Source: Myxococcota bacterium
GTDB taxonomy: Bacteria > Myxococcota_A > Polyangia > Nannocystales > Nannocystaceae
NCBI GenBank assembly: GCA_039194325.1
Contig: JBCCWC010000006.1
Location: 64,001 to 128,000, forward strand
Length of the DNA: 64,000 nucleotides
Direction: 5' to 3'
The translations under genes and the position numbers were made by a program. The notes under the pieces are model-generated. The model was not told the origin of the DNA. It was given only the letters and a program-made list of their open reading frames with translations, and did not search any database. Positions 59,472 through 64,000 of this stretch are shown here, piece by piece (within the stretch, counting starts at the first letter, position 1; each line of letters begins with the position of its first letter).

Positions 59472-59528
59472 CTACGAGCGCGCGGAAGCGAGGCTCGACG
59501 TCGGACCGCTGGTGACAAGGGGTTGCAT
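59472..59528 (-). CDS. Leader peptide/uORF MQPLVTSGPTSSLASARS (18 aa)
   Basis: Perfect SD AAGGAGG 6 nt before the ATG, ends in TAG. Not in the ORF track because it is under 60 aa. Confidence 0.6.
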   Translation of the reverse strand: MQPLVTSGPTSSLASARS

Positions 59529-59583
59529 GGTCGTCCTCCTTTCCGCGCCGCTCGGGCCGAGAGGGCCCTACGCAGCGACGCTC

Positions 59584-59611
59584 AAGATAGAGCGCCGGGG
59601 CGGGTTGTCAA
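59584..59611 (-). promoter_or_regulatory. Sigma70-type promoter for the leader-rbfA-like-rtcB operon
   Basis: TTGACA-16 nt-TATCTT on the - strand, about 55 nt upstream of the uORF ATG. Confidence 0.65.
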
Positions 59612-59628
59612 ACTGAAATCTTCGGGTG

Positions 59629-60612
59629 TCACAGCATCCCTTCACCCCTAAACCACGCCAGGCTTTCGGCCACCGTCTGCTCGAACGGCCGAAAGCACAG
59701 CCCCAGCTCCTCACGGGCGCGACGGTTGTCGAAGAAGCAATCGGCCAGCCCGTACTCCAGCATCACCACGGGAAGGTCGGGCCGCTTGCCCCGGGCCACC
59801 GCGACCTGCTGCATCGCGTACGCCGCCCCGCGCAGCATGGCGCGAGGCATCCGGAAGGACGGTCGCCGTCGCCCCACGGACCGGTTGACCACCTTCAAGA
59901 GCAACCCGCTGTCGATGTTGTGCCCGGTGAGCACGTAGCGACGCCCGGGCTGGCCGCGCTCGGCCGCGACCACGTGACCCTCGGCGGCATCGCGAACATC
60001 CACGTAGGCGACGCCGCCCCCGGCGTGACCCGGAGCCTTGCCCTGCGCCAGCGCCAGCAACAACTGGCCCGAAGGCGTAGGGGTGCGATCGCCGGGCCCC
60101 ATCACGTAGCCGGGGCACACGATCCGCACGTCGAGCCCCCAAGCGGCGAAGTCCTCGGCCAGGCGCATGCTGAGGTACTTGCTGCGCGAATAAGGAAAAT
60201 CGAGATCCCACGCCTCGTAGGGCGACTCCTCGTCGGCCAGGGTCCCCGGCGCGGGTCGGCCTAGCGCGACCACGCTGGCCGTGTAGACCACCCGCGCGCC
60301 CTGCCGTCGCGCCGCCTCCAGCACGTTGAAGGTGCCGCGCAGGTTCACGTCGTACATCTGCGTGGGATCGGGCGCCCATGACTCGTAGATCGCCGCCATG
60401 TGAAAAACGGTGTCGATCTCCCGCATCGCCTCGCGTGCCCGTTCGGGATCTCGCACGTCACCCTCGATCATCTCGAGATCGATCCCTTCGAGGTTGGTGC
60501 GAGGCTCACCGGGTCGACCCCAGCCTCGAACCTTGACCCCGCGCTCGACGAGCGCCTTGACGACGTGGGCTCCCAAAAAGCCCGGTGCTCCGGTGACCAG
60601 CGCGTGCTCCAT
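59629..60612 (-). CDS. NAD-dependent epimerase/dehydratase (HpnA/dihydroflavonol reductase-like)
   Basis: LVTGAPGFLG, FHMAA, YTAS, YSRSK, GPGD..PTPSG and VDVRD.A.GH. Confidence 0.9.
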   Translation of the reverse strand: MEHALVTGAPGFLGAHVVKALVERGVKVRGWGRPGEPRTNLEGIDLEMIEGDVRDPERAREAMREIDTVFHMAAIYESWAPDPTQMYDVNLRGTFNVLEAARRQGARVVYTASVVALGRPAPGTLADEESPYEAWDLDFPYSRSKYLSMRLAEDFAAWGLDVRIVCPGYVMGPGDRTPTPSGQLLLALAQGKAPGHAGGGVAYVDVRDAAEGHVVAAERGQPGRRYVLTGHNIDSGLLLKVVNRSVGRRRPSFRMPRAMLRGAAYAMQQVAVARGKRPDLPVVMLEYGLADCFFDNRRAREELGLCFRPFEQTVAESLAWFRGEGML

Positions 60613-60674
60613 GTCCGCCTCGCCTTCTACCACCCCGCGGCGCGGCGAGCTTCGCCCCGTGCTACACCGATGTC

Positions 60675-61514
60675 ATGCTCGGACGTTTCGGCCTCCTGTT
60701 CGCGTGTGTCCTCGGGCTGGGCTGTGCGCCGGCGACCGACACCCCCGTGCCGGCGCCACCCCCGAGCTCACCGCGCACGGTGATCGACGAGGTCGAGGCG
60801 CCGGCCCAGAGCGTGGCACCAGCGGAGGCTGAAGGACCGGCCGAAGCCGATCCCTCCGTCGGTGCTCCCGTCACCGGTACGCCCGCGGTGGCGCCCGAGT
60901 GGGTGTCGCAGGAGATCAACGAGCACTACGCACAGAACGACAACCCCAAGCGCTGGGCCAAGCGCTTCGAACGCATCGGCCGGGAGGTCTTCGATCAACG
61001 CGACCCGATCGTCGCGGCGCTGGGGCTACGCAAGGGCCAGCGGATCGCCGACGTGGGGGCGGGCACCGGCCTGTTCACCATGGAGCTGGCCCGAGCGGTG
61101 GGCGAGCAAGGCACGGTCTACGCGGTCGACGTGCAGCCGTATTTTCTCGACCACATCGCCCAGAGGGCCCGCAAGGAGGGCCTGAGCAACGTGAAGCTGG
61201 TGAGGGCCCGACAAGACTCGGTGCAGCTCCCCGAGGGCTCGGTGCAGCTGGTGCTGATGTGCGACGCCTACCACCACGTGGAGCAGCCCGCGGCCTACCT
61301 CGAATCGCTACGCAGGGCCATCGAGCCCGGCGGGCGGCTGGTGGTGGTGGACTATCGAGCCGTAGAGGGGGAGAACCGGGCCTGGATCGTCGAGCACGTG
61401 CGCGCGACCCCGGAGCAGTTTCGGGCAGAGATCGAAGGCGCCGGGTTTCGCTTCGTGCGCGAGCACGAAGGGGTGCTCGAAGAGAACTTCTTCTACGAGT
61501 TCGAGCGGCCGTAG
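60675..61514 (+). CDS. Class I SAM-dependent methyltransferase with a lipoprotein signal
   Basis: Lipobox LGLGC, ADVGAGTG, YAVD, D.YHH and PGGRLVVVDY. Confidence 0.88.
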   Translation: MLGRFGLLFACVLGLGCAPATDTPVPAPPPSSPRTVIDEVEAPAQSVAPAEAEGPAEADPSVGAPVTGTPAVAPEWVSQEINEHYAQNDNPKRWAKRFERIGREVFDQRDPIVAALGLRKGQRIADVGAGTGLFTMELARAVGEQGTVYAVDVQPYFLDHIAQRARKEGLSNVKLVRARQDSVQLPEGSVQLVLMCDAYHHVEQPAAYLESLRRAIEPGGRLVVVDYRAVEGENRAWIVEHVRATPEQFRAEIEGAGFRFVREHEGVLEENFFYEFERP

Positions 61515-61595
61515 GTCGAGCTCGGGGCTCGGGCTCGTCGCGTGCTGTTGCCACCGACTCGCCACCGTGGGCTATGCTCCCGCGCGCTCCGCTCG

Positions 61596-62285
61596 ATGAC
61601 CAGCACGTCCCCAGCTACGTTTCCAGCTACGTCTCTATGGCGCACGCGGATCACCTGGGCCGCACTGGGAGCCGGATTGACTGCGCTGCTGATGTGGGAT
61701 CGAGCGACGCCCTCGCCGAGCGCCGAGCGCGAGGCCAGCCCCACCCGCCCACTCGATCCTCCGATCGAGCACGTCGTATCGTCGAACGACGGGCCAACCG
61801 GCAGCACCACCACCGCGAGCGACCCCATCACATCCAACGACGGCGAGTCGACCACGACGGACGACACCACCACGACGGATGCGTCCACCACCGGTGAGCT
61901 CGCCCTCGCGAGCACCGACACCACCGACACTACCGACAGCACCACCGGCGGCCAGTCTCTACCCCAGATCCCGCTGCCCCGCCTGCCGGGCTCACGCTTC
62001 ATGCGACGCGCTCGACGAGTCGACGAGCAGACGGGCGAGCCGATCATCACCCTGGGCCTGTCGGTGCCCGCGCCCGGCGCCCAAGTCGAAGCGTTCTATC
62101 GCCGCGCCATGAAGGACGCTGGGCTGAAGGTCTTTGGGGGTCGCTACAACTCCGCGAGCTCGAGCGACGACTATCGCTCCACCCTCAAGGGCCGCAGCAA
62201 GTACGTCAGCGCCGAGCTCACGATCCACCAGCGGTCGGGCAAGCTGCGCTCGGTGGTTCGAATCTACTGGCGACTGAGGGACTGA
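61596..62285 (+). CDS. Hypothetical membrane-anchored protein with a Thr/Asp-rich linker
   Basis: TM helix WAALGAGLTALLMW. C-terminal domain with VEAFYRRAM..AG. Confidence 0.7.
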   Translation: MTSTSPATFPATSLWRTRITWAALGAGLTALLMWDRATPSPSAEREASPTRPLDPPIEHVVSSNDGPTGSTTTASDPITSNDGESTTTDDTTTTDASTTGELALASTDTTDTTDSTTGGQSLPQIPLPRLPGSRFMRRARRVDEQTGEPIITLGLSVPAPGAQVEAFYRRAMKDAGLKVFGGRYNSASSSDDYRSTLKGRSKYVSAELTIHQRSGKLRSVVRIYWRLRD

Positions 62286-62450
62286 CGCGCATCGGCCCCA
62301 TGCGCGCTCGATCGCTGCATGTCGATCGCTCCATGGTGAGACGAAATAGCGCTGGCGCCAAACGCGCGCGATTCCCCGTGAGGACCCGCGGTCCCATGAG
62401 CCATACGCGCCGCGCAACCCGGGTCACCGCTCTACGTCTCTTGCAATCAA

Positions 62451-63074
62451 ATGCGCGCCGCCACGCTCTTGCTCATGCCGCTAGGTCTCACCGTGGCGAT
62501 GACCGCCTGCCAAGCCGAGGTCGAGGACGGGATCTTCGACCCCGGCGTAGGTGGACCCGCGCCGGGAATCCCGATCGACGCCATGTCGACGGGACCGGGC
62601 GAGTCGGACACCGACGACGAGAGCGGAACGGATACGGACGGGGCCACCTCGGATAACGAGCCAACGGACGAGACCGACGGCGACTTCGTCGATGGAGACA
62701 GCACCGGTCTCGCGGCTCTAGACACGTGTCCCGAGGCGGTGGGCCCGGGGATCTACACGTGTCCCGAGGGCTCGAGCTTCTCCTCGGGTGACGGCTGGGC
62801 TCGCTGCACATTCGAAGACATCTCGCTCCCCACGGCCCCCAGCTTGTTGCCGTATTGCCAATACTTCGATATGGGCTACCTCGGCTTCAGCTGGAACTTG
62901 AGCGACTTGGCCGCCCACGAGTGCCCCCCCGAGGCCCGCTACGCCCCGAACACCCAGACCGCCTACTGCCTGTGGGAAGACATCGTGCTGCCTTCGAACC
63001 GGGCCGAGGCCGAATGCAGCGGCCTGGTGGCTACGGGCAGCTTCGGCTTCCGCTGGCCCTGCCCAGACGCGTGA
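62451..63074 (+). CDS. Cys-rich hypothetical lipoprotein
   Basis: Lipobox AMTAC, acidic linker, two internal repeats (CP.......C..EDI.LP...C.....GF.W). Confidence 0.75.
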   Translation: MRAATLLLMPLGLTVAMTACQAEVEDGIFDPGVGGPAPGIPIDAMSTGPGESDTDDESGTDTDGATSDNEPTDETDGDFVDGDSTGLAALDTCPEAVGPGIYTCPEGSSFSSGDGWARCTFEDISLPTAPSLLPYCQYFDMGYLGFSWNLSDLAAHECPPEARYAPNTQTAYCLWEDIVLPSNRAEAECSGLVATGSFGFRWPCPDA

Positions 63075-63135
63075 GGCCAGACGCGTGAGACCAGACGCGT
63101 GAGACCAGACGCGTGAGACCAGACGCGTGAGACCA
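63063..63135. repeat. 14-bp tandem repeat CCAGACGCGTGAG(G/A) x5
   Basis: The first unit is the last codons plus TGA of 62451..63074. Confidence 0.95.
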
Positions 63136-63157
63136 CCGCGGGTGAGCGAAGCGGTGG

Positions 63158-64000
63158 CTATGCCCCACCCAGGGTCGCCACCGCCAGCGCCACTTGCCGC
63201 TCGTGCTCCAACCCCTCGTCGTGCACCGCCAGCCCGAGCTCCACGGTGCGCGTGAGCAATGATCGCGCCTCGAGCAACCGGTGAAACACCTCCCCCCGCT
63301 GGTCCTCTAGCGCCCGCAGCCGGTCGAGACCCGCGAGCAGGGGCTCGCGCGCCTGTGGACCCTCCCCTCGGGCAGAGCTCGCGGCCAGCGCTCGCACGAT
63401 CGTGCCCTCGTCGAGCTCGGCGAGCTGTCGACCGATCTCGCCGAGCTGCTCCACCAGTCGCTCGACGGCGGCCACGAGCGGCTCGAGCGGCGCGATGAGC
63501 ATGTCCAGCTCCCGGGTGTCCCGCACGTACTGGGCCCGATGATCGACCAGCCGCTGGACGAGCAGCGCCAACCCGCTCACCACCTCGCGCACGTCACCGG
63601 GTGGCCCGTCCCCATGAGACTGGAGCAGCGCGGCCAGGCGAGCCACGAGCGGATCCGAGGCCGGCAAGGCGGCGGGGGCCGAGCGAAGACGAAAGCGGGC
63701 GGGAGTACGGGTGACCCAGGTCTTGACGGTGACGTAGCGCGCCGCCAACAGCAGCGTGCCCAGCAGACCGAGGCCGAACACCACCCACATCGCCGTCTCC
63801 AGGCCGAGCAGCGACAACCCGGCGCAGAGCACCGCCACCCCCGCCCCCACTCCATAGGTCAGCCGAAGGGCGGATCGGGTCTCGGGTGGTCCCACCAGGC
63901 GAGTGTCGAGCCCTTGGCTTCGGGTGGACTGCAACAGCGCCTCGGCGGTTTGCTGGTCGAGATTGCCGAACAACCGCGCGGGCAGCCGGATCCGACGACG
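63158..64000 (-). CDS. Membrane protein with a coiled-coil C-terminus (5' partial)
   Basis: Frame stays open to the window edge. Two TM helices are followed by an alpha-helical Leu/Glu-rich region. Confidence 0.7.
   Translation of the reverse strand, partial: RRRIRLPARLFGNLDQQTAEALLQSTRSQGLDTRLVGPPETRSALRLTYGVGAGVAVLCAGLSLLGLETAMWVVFGLGLLGTLLLAARYVTVKTWVTRTPARFRLRSAPAALPASDPLVARLAALLQSHGDGPPGDVREVVSGLALLVQRLVDHRAQYVRDTRELDMLIAPLEPLVAAVERLVEQLGEIGRQLAELDEGTIVRALAASSARGEGPQAREPLLAGLDRLRALEDQRGEVFHRLLEARSLLTRTVELGLAVHDEGLEHERQVALAVATLGGA

Noticed and set aside
59629..60612. Hopanoid cluster, or membership in the RtcB operon
   Set aside because: No other hpn genes are nearby, and a separate promoter lies between this gene and the leader.

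Overview
High-GC bacterial chromosomal segment, gene-dense, with about 45 CDS. The gene content points to a myxobacterium, probably Nannocystaceae-like (inferred): four Hanks-type Ser/Thr kinases, two FHA proteins, an ECF sigma factor, a hybrid histidine kinase, many Cys-rich, vWA and beta-propeller lipoproteins, and a MYXO-CTERM protein. Housekeeping or metabolic genes include frmA, Nei, Maf, an SDR, an enoyl-CoA hydratase, a fatty acid desaturase and a GNAT. I found no rRNA, tRNA, CRISPR array, transposase or prophage. The most interesting locus is 57737-59611 (- strand), a translationally coupled two-gene operon encoding an RbfA-like protein and a short RtcB RNA ligase. It is preceded by a sigma70-type promoter and an ~260-nt leader. 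The leader holds an 18-codon uORF with a perfect Shine-Dalgarno and a hairpin that sequesters the RBS of the rbfA-like gene, and it stays open in all three reading frames almost up to that start codon. This suggests a ribosome/rRNA repair module induced by translation errors (hypothesis). Other observations: an unannotated structured RNA candidate at 7962-8124, a dispersed REP-like palindrome, a lipoprotein gene interrupted by one in-frame TAA, an ATPase-PD-(D/E)xK nuclease fusion, and many short tandem duplications anchored at gene ends. Several starts were moved from the ORF track on the basis of RBS or signal-peptide evidence. All family calls are from motif recognition, not database searches.
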